DNA from: Planctomycetota bacterium
Lineage (GTDB): Bacteria; Planctomycetota; UBA8108; SXIK01
Assembly: GCA_965223845.1 (NCBI GenBank)
Contig: CBDCXR010000004.1
Coordinates: forward strand, 2,944,001-3,008,000
Length of the DNA: 64,000 nucleotides
Direction: 5' to 3'
This document shows positions 19,996 through 29,584 of this stretch, in pieces. Every line of letters starts with the position of its first letter. Position 1 is the stretch's first letter. The position numbers and the translations under genes were made by a program. Under the pieces are notes generated by a model. The model was given only the letters and a program-made list of their open reading frames with translations, did not search any database and was not told the DNA's origin.

Positions 19996-20739
19996 CTAGG
20001 GAAGCTCGCGCATCCGAAGCCCACGAAACTCGACCGGCGATCCCTCCGACTCGAGGCAGAGATATCCGGTCGCCGGCTGACAGTTCGTCCCGCCGGAGAC
20101 TTCTTCACCGTTCACCCAGAGGCGCACTTCGCCGTTGATACAGCGGACGTAGTAATGATTCCACTCGCCGACACCTCGCGTGAGGTTCTTTGATGGGAAG
20201 CTCCGCTTTCCGTTCGGAGCGGCCGGAGGAAAGGGCTTCATTTTCGCGGGGCCGGTCGGGAAGACGTCGCCGTGGCCGGTGAACCAGTCCGCTTTCTTCT
20301 TGTGCCGCTTCTCGTACGCCTCCGCGTAGCCGGGGTCGAGCACCTGCACCTCGATCCCGTGCGGAAGACGGCCTTTTCCCTGCTCGAGGTTCTTGATCGA
20401 CTCGGGCGACGCCCAGACGAAGACGCCGGAGTTCCCGGCCGCCTTGAGGTGGCGCCACTCGACGACGAGCTCGAAGTTCGTCACGGGCTTCTCGACTCGA
20501 ATCACTCCGACGGGTGTTCCCGTGCACTTCGCGACGCCGTCTTCCCAGCTCCACGTATCTTCGTCGCAGTTGACGTTGACGAAGTCATCCTTGCCGAGAG
20601 TTCTCCAGTCCGGTCCGATGCCGTCGATGAGGACGTTGCGGACCGCGGACGCGGGCGACTCGCCGCCGGCGCGAGGACCAGAGAGCGAGACGGCCGCGAG
20701 CGCCAGAACGACGAGGCAGAGTCGAAGAGCGCGATTCAT
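19996..20739 (-). CDS. DUF1080 (3-keto-disaccharide hydrolase-like) protein
   Basis: Signal peptide; NFELVVEWR, GNSGVFV, IEVQVLD, GEWNHY, GYLCLESEGSPVEFRGL. Confidence 0.92.
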   Translation of the reverse strand: MNRALRLCLVVLALAAVSLSGPRAGGESPASAVRNVLIDGIGPDWRTLGKDDFVNVNCDEDTWSWEDGVAKCTGTPVGVIRVEKPVTNFELVVEWRHLKAAGNSGVFVWASPESIKNLEQGKGRLPHGIEVQVLDPGYAEAYEKRHKKKADWFTGHGDVFPTGPAKMKPFPPAAPNGKRSFPSKNLTRGVGEWNHYYVRCINGEVRLWVNGEEVSGGTNCQPATGYLCLESEGSPVEFRGLRMRELP

Positions 20740-20939
20740 TGCGAGAGGTCCTTTCCGTCACGAAGGGGGTTCCATCGAATCTGGACGCGCCGCGGGATGG
20801 ATAGAGCGCGCGCCGAACGCGAACATTGTCCCTCGGAGCGGGGAGCCCGGCAATGACGGCGAATCCGCGATTCGCAGAAGAAAGCCGTAGTCGACGAGGC
20901 TCCAAGTTCTCGGCTCTTCTCGTGAGGTAGTTCAAGACC

Positions 20940-23900
20940 GTGGTACGTCCGAAGCTGATTCTTCTCGTCGCCCTCCTCGCCGCGTCTCGCGCAGATGCGT
21001 CCCCGTGGCTCACGTTCACCGAAGTCTCTTCCTTCCCCGCCGCCGGCGGAGTGGAGTTCGTCGAGATCTACAACATCGACGCCCCGGCCGTCGACCTATC
21101 GGGCTGGCGACTCGAAGGCGCCGTCTCGTTCGAATTCCCGCGCGGGACATCGATCGCCCCTCGCGAGTGTCTCGTCGTTGCGAAGGACCTGGCCGCGTTT
21201 CGAACGATCTACCCCAAAGTGAGCGCGGTCGTCGGCCCGTTCACCGGGGAGCTCCCGGACCGCGGAGGCCGCATTCGCCTTCGGAGCCGAGAAGGCACGG
21301 AGGCGGCGGCGATGCGTTTCGGAACCCTCGGCGCGTGGTCGTCCGTTCCCCGCGGGACGGGGTACACGGCGGTCCTTGGCGACGTCCTCTTCGACCCCGA
21401 AGCCGCGCGAAGCTGGAAACCGAGCGCGCAGCGAGGCGGCAGCCCCGGATCGTTCGAGCAGGTGTTTCGACGTCTCGAAGGCAAATCGATTCTCCGCCGG
21501 GGAGAGCGCTGGCGATTCTTTCGCGGGACCACCGCCCCGCCTCAAGATTGGTTCGAGCCGGAGTTCGACGACTCGAGCTGGGACGAGGGACCGAGTGGCT
21601 TCGGATTCGGCGATGGCGACGACGCCACCGAGCTCAGCGACATGCGGGGAAACTATTTGAGCGTGTTCACTCGGAAGCGCTTCACCGTCGATGATCCCGC
21701 AGGGTGGGCGCGCCTCCGACTCCTCGTCGACTACGACGACGGATTCGTCGCGTTTTTGAACGGCCGCGAGGTTGCGCGGGCGAACTTGGGTGCTCCGAGA
21801 AGTGCGTTCGCCTGGAATCTCCCGGCACGCGGGAGTCGCGAGGCCGGCCAGCCGCAGGTGTACGCACTCGGGAACGGAGCGCGTTGGCTTCGCAAAGGGG
21901 AGAACGTGATCTGCGTCGCCGGATTCAACAACGATCTGTCGTCGTCCGATCTCAGCCTCGCCGTCGAGCTCGACCATCTCCCCGTCCCGAAGCGCGAAGC
22001 GCGCTCGGAGACCGGGCTGCAGCTGAGCGAGGTCGCGCTGCGAGCGAGCGATTCCGGCGATGCTCTCCTTTGGATCGAGTTCTTCAACGCGGGTACCGAG
22101 CCCGAGTCCATCGGTGGCCGCTTTCTGAGCGACGACGCCTCGCGCCCGAAGAAGTGGCGGATTCCCGCCGGCGAGATGATCCCGCCGCGCTCGTACTGGG
22201 TCGTCGACGCGAAGGCACTCGGCGCCGAACGCATCGCCGAGCGAGCGGTGTTTCTCGCTGACGGCGATCGCCGGATCCTCGACGCGATGGCGCTCGCGCG
22301 ATCCGCACCCGGCTCAGGGGAAGGTGCCGAGCTCAGCTTCGGTCGCGGATCTACCCTCGCGCGCGGTGTGAGGCGCCTAGCGCGCAGCACTCGAGGTGCT
22401 CCGAACGCGTTCGAAGCCGCGGGCGACATCGTCATTCACGAAATCCACTATCACCCGCCGACGGGTGACGCCGACGCGTTCGTCGAGATCCACAACCGAG
22501 GGACGAAAACCGCTTCGCTCGCGGGGCTGAGACTCGATGGGCTCGGATTTCGGTTCGCACCCGACCATCGGATTCCCGCGGGCGGTTTCGTGGTCGTCGT
22601 CCGCGATCCTCCGAGCTTTTCGAAGAGAAACTCGCTCTCGCCCGCGCAGGTGCTCGGGCCGTTCACCGGTTCGCTCTCGCGACGCGGAGAATCCGTCCGG
22701 CTGGTCGATTCGGCCGGACGGACGCTCGACGCGGTCGAGTACGCCGATCGAGAGCCGTGGCCGCGCTTCGCGGACGGCGGCGGCTCGAGTCTCGAGCTCG
22801 TCGACGCACGGATCGACAACGCCCTCCCCGGCGCATGGGCCGCGAGCGACGAACGCGCGACCGCACGCTGGCAGGAGATCGAGTACGAGGCCGGCGTCCA
22901 CCTCTTTCGCGACATGCGCGCGTCGTCATTTCAGTTTCTCCTTCTCGACGCGGGTGAATGTTTGATCGACGACCTTCGCATCACGGACGCGAACGGGAAG
23001 GTCGTTCTCTCGGAGTCCTTCGACGGGGATGCAGGTTCCCTAGCGCGCTGGCGCGCGTTCGGGACGCATCTCGACTCGAAACCAATCTCCGATTCGAAGT
23101 ACTCGGAGAGCGCGTGCCTTCGCATCTTCGCGACGGGGCGCGGCAATTCGCGGCACAACTACGTGAGCTGCGATCTCGACCCGGAACTCGAGGAAGACGC
23201 ACGCTACACGGTAGCTTTCCGTGCGAAGTGGCTCGCGGGATCCGCGCTCCTTCTCACGCGAACCTCCGGGCAGGGTCTCGCCCGCCGCCACCAACTGCTG
23301 CGGCCGAACGCGGGCGGCACGCCGGGTCGTCCGAACAGTCGCGCGACGCTCGCCGCACCGATCGTGGGTCGGCCCGAGCAAGCACCGATCGCGCCGTCGT
23401 CCGAGGAGCCGACGCGGTTCGTCTTCCCGATCTCGGCGCGCACGGCGCTCGCGACGGCTGAGCTCCGCTACCGGTCGGCGACCTCCGCTTGGAGCTCCTC
23501 TCCTCTCACCCGCGAGGCGAGCGGTGAATGGACAGCGACGATCCCGCCGCTTCCGCGCGGTCGAGTCGAGTTCTACGCCATCGCGATCGATCGAGACGGC
23601 CGGCGCGGACAATTCCCGCCGGAGGGCGCCGCACGGCCGGCACAGTACGCAGTGGATCTCGAGGTCGCGCCCGAGCTCCCGACCTACACCGTGCTCGTCT
23701 CGGAGCGTGAGTGGAACGCCGCACGCGCACGTCAACGACTCTCGAATCGAACGATGGACGCGACGCTGGTCTACGGCGATCAGAGGATTTTTTACAATGT
23801 TGGATTCCGTGCGCGCGGGAGTGGGTTCACTCGCGGCTCGCGCAATTGGCGCGTCGTTCTCGGCCGAGATACGCTCGACGGGCGCTCCGAGCTGACGTTC

Positions 23901-25109
23901 GACGGCCAGGGTCGCGACCGCGCGATGATGAACGAACGCCTGACGTTCTGGTTGCTCGATCAAGTCGGAGCCCCGACGCCACGACAGCGGTACGTGCGTC
24001 TCAACGTCGTCGGCCACCCCGAGGAGAGCGGCACCTACGAGGATGTCGAAAAGATCAACGGCGCTTACGTCGATCGGTGGTTCGCGCACGAGGAAGGAAA
24101 CGAATCGCCGCGACTCCACAAGATCGATGACTATTGGGACTTTCGGCCGCCATCCCGAACTGCACCGGCGTTCGGAGGCGATCCACGCGGTTTCCGGGGC
24201 TTCCGCGGGCGCGGGGGCAGCTACGTCGAAGCGTACCTCCAGTACGAAACCGACGATCCCGAGGACTACCGGTGGAACTTCCCGCCGCGAGCGAACGGCG
24301 GACGAGAAGATTTCCGACCGCTCCTGGATCTCATTCGTCTCGTCGACCCGAGGGAGACGAGTGACGACGAATTCCGCCGGCGCGTCGAATCGCTCGTCGA
24401 CGTCGACGAGTGGATCCACGTGCTCGCAGCGCGAACGGTCGCGAACGACTGGGACACGTACGGACTCAGCCGCGGGAAGAACGCCTACCTCTATCGCGCT
24501 CCGTCGGGACGGTGGAAGCTGCTCCCGTGGGACTCCGATCTGAGCTGGTTTTCACGCGGCTTCGGCCGCTTCTCTCAAGGAAACTCGCTCTTCTACGACA
24601 AATTTCCGGCGGTGCGTCGGCTGCTCGCACAGCCCCCCTACCGCCGGGAGTTCCTGAGCACCATCGCGTTCCTCGCGCGGAAGCGTCTCGAACCGGCGCG
24701 CTTCCGGCGAGTTCTCGACGAGCTCGAAGCCCAGGTCGGCTCTCGCGCCTACGGCCTGGCGGAAACGGCGGCGCAGCGTCGCGAGCAGGCCCTGCGTCAG
24801 ATTCCGTCGGTCGAGTTCAGAATCGAAGCTGTCTCGCGCGGCGACAGGAGCGACGAGGGAGACGGCGATCGACTCCATCTCGCGGGCACGGCACCGTTGA
24901 TCGCCCACCGACTCGTCGTCGCCGGTCGCGCGGTGGACTGGCGTTTCCGCGATCTCGAATCATGGACGAGCGAGATCGACTGGAGCGACCTCGGGCCGGA
25001 GTACGCTGCGGACGAACCGCCCGAGCTTCGTATCGAAGTCGTCGACCGCGACGGAGACGCCGTCGGCGCGGTCTCGGTGGCGGCGCCGAAACGACCCGAC
25101 GCGAAGTAG
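20940..25109 (+). CDS. Exported lamin-tail-domain / CotH-kinase-family multidomain protein
   Basis: Signal peptide; three lamin-tail-like repeats (EFVEIYN, WIEFFN, IHEIHYHP...FVEIHN); DYDDGFVAFLNG sandwich; CotH FRARGSGF, NDWDTYG...KNAYLY, WKLLPWDSDLSW. Confidence 0.85.
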   Translation: MVRPKLILLVALLAASRADASPWLTFTEVSSFPAAGGVEFVEIYNIDAPAVDLSGWRLEGAVSFEFPRGTSIAPRECLVVAKDLAAFRTIYPKVSAVVGPFTGELPDRGGRIRLRSREGTEAAAMRFGTLGAWSSVPRGTGYTAVLGDVLFDPEAARSWKPSAQRGGSPGSFEQVFRRLEGKSILRRGERWRFFRGTTAPPQDWFEPEFDDSSWDEGPSGFGFGDGDDATELSDMRGNYLSVFTRKRFTVDDPAGWARLRLLVDYDDGFVAFLNGREVARANLGAPRSAFAWNLPARGSREAGQPQVYALGNGARWLRKGENVICVAGFNNDLSSSDLSLAVELDHLPVPKREARSETGLQLSEVALRASDSGDALLWIEFFNAGTEPESIGGRFLSDDASRPKKWRIPAGEMIPPRSYWVVDAKALGAERIAERAVFLADGDRRILDAMALARSAPGSGEGAELSFGRGSTLARGVRRLARSTRGAPNAFEAAGDIVIHEIHYHPPTGDADAFVEIHNRGTKTASLAGLRLDGLGFRFAPDHRIPAGGFVVVVRDPPSFSKRNSLSPAQVLGPFTGSLSRRGESVRLVDSAGRTLDAVEYADREPWPRFADGGGSSLELVDARIDNALPGAWAASDERATARWQEIEYEAGVHLFRDMRASSFQFLLLDAGECLIDDLRITDANGKVVLSESFDGDAGSLARWRAFGTHLDSKPISDSKYSESACLRIFATGRGNSRHNYVSCDLDPELEEDARYTVAFRAKWLAGSALLLTRTSGQGLARRHQLLRPNAGGTPGRPNSRATLAAPIVGRPEQAPIAPSSEEPTRFVFPISARTALATAELRYRSATSAWSSSPLTREASGEWTATIPPLPRGRVEFYAIAIDRDGRRGQFPPEGAARPAQYAVDLEVAPELPTYTVLVSEREWNAARARQRLSNRTMDATLVYGDQRIFYNVGFRARGSGFTRGSRNWRVVLGRDTLDGRSELTFDGQGRDRAMMNERLTFWLLDQVGAPTPRQRYVRLNVVGHPEESGTYEDVEKINGAYVDRWFAHEEGNESPRLHKIDDYWDFRPPSRTAPAFGGDPRGFRGFRGRGGSYVEAYLQYETDDPEDYRWNFPPRANGGREDFRPLLDLIRLVDPRETSDDEFRRRVESLVDVDEWIHVLAARTVANDWDTYGLSRGKNAYLYRAPSGRWKLLPWDSDLSWFSRGFGRFSQGNSLFYDKFPAVRRLLAQPPYRREFLSTIAFLARKRLEPARFRRVLDELEAQVGSRAYGLAETAAQRREQALRQIPSVEFRIEAVSRGDRSDEGDGDRLHLAGTAPLIAHRLVVAGRAVDWRFRDLESWTSEIDWSDLGPEYAADEPPELRIEVVDRDGDAVGAVSVAAPKRPDAK

Positions 25110-25145
25110 GACAGGCGGGAGCGAGTGAGTCTCCGCCCGACCGGA

Positions 25146-25733
25146 TCACGCCTCGAGTTGCCCGTCGAGTTCGATCGACAGCCACTCCTTCGCAAGGCGC
25201 CACTTGCGTTCGACGCTCGACTTTGAAACGCCGAGCGCCGCCGCGATCTCCTCCATCTCAAAACCCGCGAAGAACCGAAGGAGAACGATGCGAGCCTGTT
25301 GCTCGTCTTTTTGCTCGAGCCGCTCGAGTGCTTCGTCGAGAGCGAGGATGTCCGAGCTCGGCCCCGTCACCGCGAGATCTTCGGCGTTCGCGTTGACGCG
25401 ATGATGATCGCCGCCGCGCCGCTTCGTGCGCTTTCGCCGCGCCTCGTCGACGAGAATGTTCTTCATCGCCCGAGCCGCAGCCGCGAAGAAGTGTCCCCGT
25501 CCGTCCCACTTTCGCGTCTTTCCGCCCGCAAGCCGCAAGTAGGCCTCGTGCACGAGCGCGGTCGCCTGCAGCGTTTCCCCGGGCTTTCGTTGACGCATGA
25601 GCGCCCGCGCGAGCTTGCGCAGCTCGTCGTAGAGGATCGGGAGCAATTCGGTAGCCGCGCGACGGTCTCCTGACTCGATCGCGTCGAGCGTGTCACGAAT
25701 GCGACGGGAAGATTTCTCGAGTGCGTCCGACAT
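25146..25733 (-). CDS. ECF sigma-70 factor, TIGR02999 / ECF43-like (phosphorylation-activated type)
   Basis: Real gene is the 3' part of track ORF 25146..26897, starting MSDALEK (195 aa). LLPILYDELRKLA, TLQATALVHEAYLRL, HFFAAAARAMKNILVD, LRFFAG...EIAAALGVS...WRLAKEWL. Confidence 0.92.
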   Translation of the reverse strand: MSDALEKSSRRIRDTLDAIESGDRRAATELLPILYDELRKLARALMRQRKPGETLQATALVHEAYLRLAGGKTRKWDGRGHFFAAAARAMKNILVDEARRKRTKRRGGDHHRVNANAEDLAVTGPSSDILALDEALERLEQKDEQQARIVLLRFFAGFEMEEIAAALGVSKSSVERKWRLAKEWLSIELDGQLEA

Positions 25734-25868
25734 GCACCGATCAGAACCGGTCGCCGCGGATTCTTCAAGATCGCACAGGGAGATTCGCGCGATCGTCTGA
25801 ACGCCGCGGTGAAGTAGGATGTCGGGGTACCCGAACGGCTTCTCCTTCCTCGCCGAGAGAGCTCCTCG

Positions 25869-27275
25869 ATGTGGCAACCGACCCGACGTGACTTCCTCCG
25901 CTTGACCGCCGGAACCGTCGCTGCGGCGGCGGCACCGTCGCTCCGCGCCCGACCGCCGTACCTTCCCGAGGTTCCGCGCGGAGAGCGCCCGAACCAAGCA
26001 GCCGGAATCGGCGTGCTTCTCCCGCGGGAACGCGTCCCCCTCTCCTTCATCATCGACGACTCGACGTGCCTCGTGAACATGGGGTACTTCTGCATGCCGC
26101 AGTTCGCGGCCGCGTGGCCGAATCGCGCCGCGTACAAGAAGCCATGGCGATCGTGGCCGCGAGAGATCCCCGACGATTTCGTGCGCGAGTTCTGCGATTG
26201 GTGCGGCGAGAACGGTGTCCGCGGGAAGTACAGTGTCGTTCCCAACCCGGCTTGTGTCGGTTGGCTCGATCGCGAGCTTCCAGGGTGGTCGCGCCGGCAG
26301 CTGAGCGAAAGCCTGGCGCTCGTGCGCGATCGCATGACGCCGAACTGGGATCTTCATCCCGAGATGATCACGCACACGCGAGTGATCGATCTTCGGACGG
26401 GCCGTCCATTCGAGGAAGTGAGCCCGGCGACGATGGAGAATTCGTACCCGCAGGAGAAAAAAAGCGTCGACGAGCTCGCGAGCTATCTGGCCTACGCCCT
26501 CGAGATCCTCAAGAATTGCGATCTTCCCTGTGAGGGAATCACGACCCCGGGTGGATTCGGCGGACGCGTTCAGAAAGAGCTCTCTCTCGCGGCGGGAGAC
26601 GCTGTCCGCGACGTCTACGCGGCGGAGCTTCCGCACTATTTCAAGTACGTTGCGTCCGGCGACGAGAGCACGGAGCCGCTCGTCGAGAATGCGCGAGGAC
26701 TGACGGGTGACGATCCGCGCGCGGTGGTCAACGTGCCGGCCGGAACCGGCGACTGGTTCGGCGGGTGGGATGGAGATCGCGAGAACGAAGGACATCGCTA
26801 CGCGAACGAAGACGCGACGAAAGGGCGCATGGTCGAGCTGATCGAGCGCGAGCAACCGGCGGTGATGCTGTGCCACTGGCCCGGACTCTACAACCACGGC
26901 GCAAAATCCGGACTCCGGGCGTTTCAGCGTGTCGTCGAAGCCTTACACGGGCGCTATTCCGACCGAACGCAATGGCTCAAGGTGAGCGAGATCGCACGGT
27001 ACTGGGCCGCGAAGGAGCTCACCGCGATCGAGCGCCCCGCCGGCGGTGGCGTGCGATTGAGGGCGCCGTTCGCGTGCCCGTCTTTCACCGTTCGCGTGAG
27101 TGAAGCGAAGGAGATCCGCGACGTTCGGCTTGCGCACGGTGATCAGGTCGCGACGCTCGACGAAGTCCAATCCCGTACGAATCTCGCCGCTGGGAACTGG
27201 CGCCGAGAGGGCGACGCGGTCATCGCGTGCTTCGATCTCGTCCGAGGCGAATCCTCTCTCCGTCTCTCGAAGTGA
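25869..27275 (+). CDS. Tat-exported hypothetical protein, possibly polysaccharide-deacetylase-like barrel
   Basis: TRRDFL Tat motif; FIIDD, HPEMITH, TTPGGF and MLCHW occur in the order of CE4/NodB-like motifs. Function is inferred. Confidence 0.7.
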   Translation: MWQPTRRDFLRLTAGTVAAAAAPSLRARPPYLPEVPRGERPNQAAGIGVLLPRERVPLSFIIDDSTCLVNMGYFCMPQFAAAWPNRAAYKKPWRSWPREIPDDFVREFCDWCGENGVRGKYSVVPNPACVGWLDRELPGWSRRQLSESLALVRDRMTPNWDLHPEMITHTRVIDLRTGRPFEEVSPATMENSYPQEKKSVDELASYLAYALEILKNCDLPCEGITTPGGFGGRVQKELSLAAGDAVRDVYAAELPHYFKYVASGDESTEPLVENARGLTGDDPRAVVNVPAGTGDWFGGWDGDRENEGHRYANEDATKGRMVELIEREQPAVMLCHWPGLYNHGAKSGLRAFQRVVEALHGRYSDRTQWLKVSEIARYWAAKELTAIERPAGGGVRLRAPFACPSFTVRVSEAKEIRDVRLAHGDQVATLDEVQSRTNLAAGNWRREGDAVIACFDLVRGESSLRLSK

Positions 27276-27355
27276 GTGTCGCCATCACGATCCGGAACCC
27301 GCCCTGCCCTCAACGTCGTCATTCCCTCCAACCCATCTCGAAGCTCATTTCCAAC

Positions 27356-29383
27356 ATGCATTTGGTCCCGGCTAGGTTCGCGATCCTTCCCGTTCTCGTC
27401 TCCACTGTCGCCTTCGCACACCCGACACTCGGAGCGACCGAGTCTCCGTCCAACGAGGATTCGATCGACCGCGAATCGAACGGTTGGAGTCCGCCCGCTT
27501 CCTTTTTGTCGCTGCCGTCGACGACTGATCTTCCGGACGTTTGGACCCTTTCGAGCGGACGTCGGGTCTCCTCCGCCCGAGACTGGACCGCGAGACGAGC
27601 GGAGCTGAAGGAGATCCTCCAGTTCTACCAGTACGGCCGCGTGCCGCCGCGACTGGATCGCGTCGAAGCAGTGCTCGAGCGGGAGCGACCGCACGCGAGC
27701 GGAAGAGGACGGGAAGAGTGGCGGACTCTCGTCATCGGTTCCGAGCGCCGGCTCCGGATGCGATTCGTGGTCTACGTACCGGACTCCGCCGGGCCGTACC
27801 CAGCCGTCATCCGCGAGGAAGGAACGCTCGGCCGCACGGAACAGATCCCGATGTTTCTCGCCAAGGGGTACATGTTCATCGAGTACGCGCGCCACGATCT
27901 CGATCCCGATCGACAGGGCGTCGTCGGTCCCGCGCAGGCCGCCTATCCGTCGTACGACTGGGCGACCCTCGCAGTGTGGGCTTGGGGCGGAATGCGCGTC
28001 GTCGACTACCTCGAAACGCGGGACGACGTCGACCGGGCAAAGATCGCGATCACGGGTCATTCGCGCGGCGGAAAGATGGCGCTCCTCGCCGGTGCGCTCG
28101 ACGAGCGGTTCACTCTCGTCGTTCCGAACGGTTCGGGCGCCGGAGGCGCCGGCTCGTACCGAATCCTCGGCCCGGGAGCGGAGTCGCTCGGTATGAACGA
28201 CAAGCCACACTGGTACCACGAGCGCATTCGCTGGTTCGGTGGGCGCGAGGATCGACTGCCGTTCGACCAGCACTTTCTCAAGGCTCTCGTCGCGCCGCGC
28301 GCGCTTCTGTGCACGGAATCGGTCGACGACGAGTTTGCGAACCCCGCCGGTACGCAGGCGACGACGCTCGCTGCGCACGCGGTGTTTCGCTTTTTGGGCG
28401 CCGAGAAACGAAACGGAATCCACTTCCGTCGCGGAAAGCACGACTCGAATACCGAGGACTGGAAGGCACTCCTCGAATTCGCCGAGTGGCAGTTCTTCGA
28501 TCGCACTCCGGAGCGGCCGGAGCGGTTCTGGCGTCGACCGTTCCCCACGGGACCGTCGAATGCCGGAGCGACGGCGGCAGCGCCCGGAGCGGTCTCGCCA
28601 CCGACGCGCGACGATGCGGCCGAACATTGGATTCGCATCGGAGCAGCGGGAAATCGCGCCGATCGAAACTACTACGACGCGGGAAAGTTCGGCGCTGTTT
28701 CGTACGAGTTCGAAATCGGCCGCAATCCAGTCACGAACGCCCAGTACGCCGAGTTTCTGAACGCGGTCGCGAAGCGAGATCCCCACGAGCTCTACCATCC
28801 CGCGATGGCCACGCACGCCGAAGGCGGCATCGTCCGGCGCGGCGAGACGGGCGAGCACCGCTACCTCGTGAAGGACGGATTCGCGCGGAAAGCCGTCGTG
28901 TTCGTGAGCTGGTTCGACGCGCTGCGGTACTGCAATTGGCGACACAACGGCGCGCCGACGGGTCCGGGCGCCGCACGCGCGACGGAGAGTGGAGCCTATT
29001 CGCTTGCCGACGGAACGGACGTGGGCTTGCGGCGTCCAGACGCTCGGTTCTTTCTTACAAGCGAAGACGAATGGTACAAGGCGGCGTACTTCGACGCGAG
29101 CGCGGCCGAAGACGATGGGTACTCGCTCTTTCACCGAACCGACGAGGACCTAGAGGTCGTTCGGCGCCCTCTCGACTGGGCGAGCCCGCTCGGAGTTCGC
29201 GGGCTCGCGGATCGTGTGTGGGAGTGGAACGAGGCGCGCGTAGGCGTTCTCTTTCGCGGTGTCCGCTCGGGAGCGTGGTTCCTCGGCAACAACCGACAGT
29301 CGGCCGGCCGTTTCTTCTGCAATCCCGATCTCGAGCTCGCGACCATCGGATTTCGCATCGCGAAACCGATCGGAAGCGGTTGA
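27356..29383 (+). CDS. CE15 glucuronyl-esterase-like alpha/beta hydrolase fused to an FGE/SUMF1-like domain
   Basis: Start MHLVPARF with signal peptide. WATLAVWAWG, ITGHSRGGK nucleophile motif, LPFDQH...ALVAPR; C-terminal VTNAQYAEFLN, TSEDEWYKAAY, VWEWNE, IGFRIA. Confidence 0.85.
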   Translation: MHLVPARFAILPVLVSTVAFAHPTLGATESPSNEDSIDRESNGWSPPASFLSLPSTTDLPDVWTLSSGRRVSSARDWTARRAELKEILQFYQYGRVPPRLDRVEAVLERERPHASGRGREEWRTLVIGSERRLRMRFVVYVPDSAGPYPAVIREEGTLGRTEQIPMFLAKGYMFIEYARHDLDPDRQGVVGPAQAAYPSYDWATLAVWAWGGMRVVDYLETRDDVDRAKIAITGHSRGGKMALLAGALDERFTLVVPNGSGAGGAGSYRILGPGAESLGMNDKPHWYHERIRWFGGREDRLPFDQHFLKALVAPRALLCTESVDDEFANPAGTQATTLAAHAVFRFLGAEKRNGIHFRRGKHDSNTEDWKALLEFAEWQFFDRTPERPERFWRRPFPTGPSNAGATAAAPGAVSPPTRDDAAEHWIRIGAAGNRADRNYYDAGKFGAVSYEFEIGRNPVTNAQYAEFLNAVAKRDPHELYHPAMATHAEGGIVRRGETGEHRYLVKDGFARKAVVFVSWFDALRYCNWRHNGAPTGPGAARATESGAYSLADGTDVGLRRPDARFFLTSEDEWYKAAYFDASAAEDDGYSLFHRTDEDLEVVRRPLDWASPLGVRGLADRVWEWNEARVGVLFRGVRSGAWFLGNNRQSAGRFFCNPDLELATIGFRIAKPIGSG

Positions 29384-29584
29384 TCGAGATCGACTGCGAA
29401 ACTGGCGGATTCGAAGGTACCACGGAGACGGATTTCGAGTCCTCGGCTGGATTGGTATCATCTCCGTCGCGATCGACGTCGTCGGTCGGAGGATTTCGCA
29501 CGAAGGCTTGAGTCGCCTGGTAAGCTTCGGACGCCCTCTCGTGCCCAAAGAGAAGCAACGCGTAGCGCCCCCATCGAGAGATTT

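Noticed and set aside
25734-26897. Apparent 388-aa N-terminal extension on the ECF sigma factor
   Set aside because: It is antisense to the real Tat protein gene 25869..27275; sigma homology starts at ATG 25733.
28620-29383. FGE-fold C-terminal domain as a diversity-generating retroelement target
   Set aside because: No template repeat of its 3' end and no reverse transcriptase were seen in the window.
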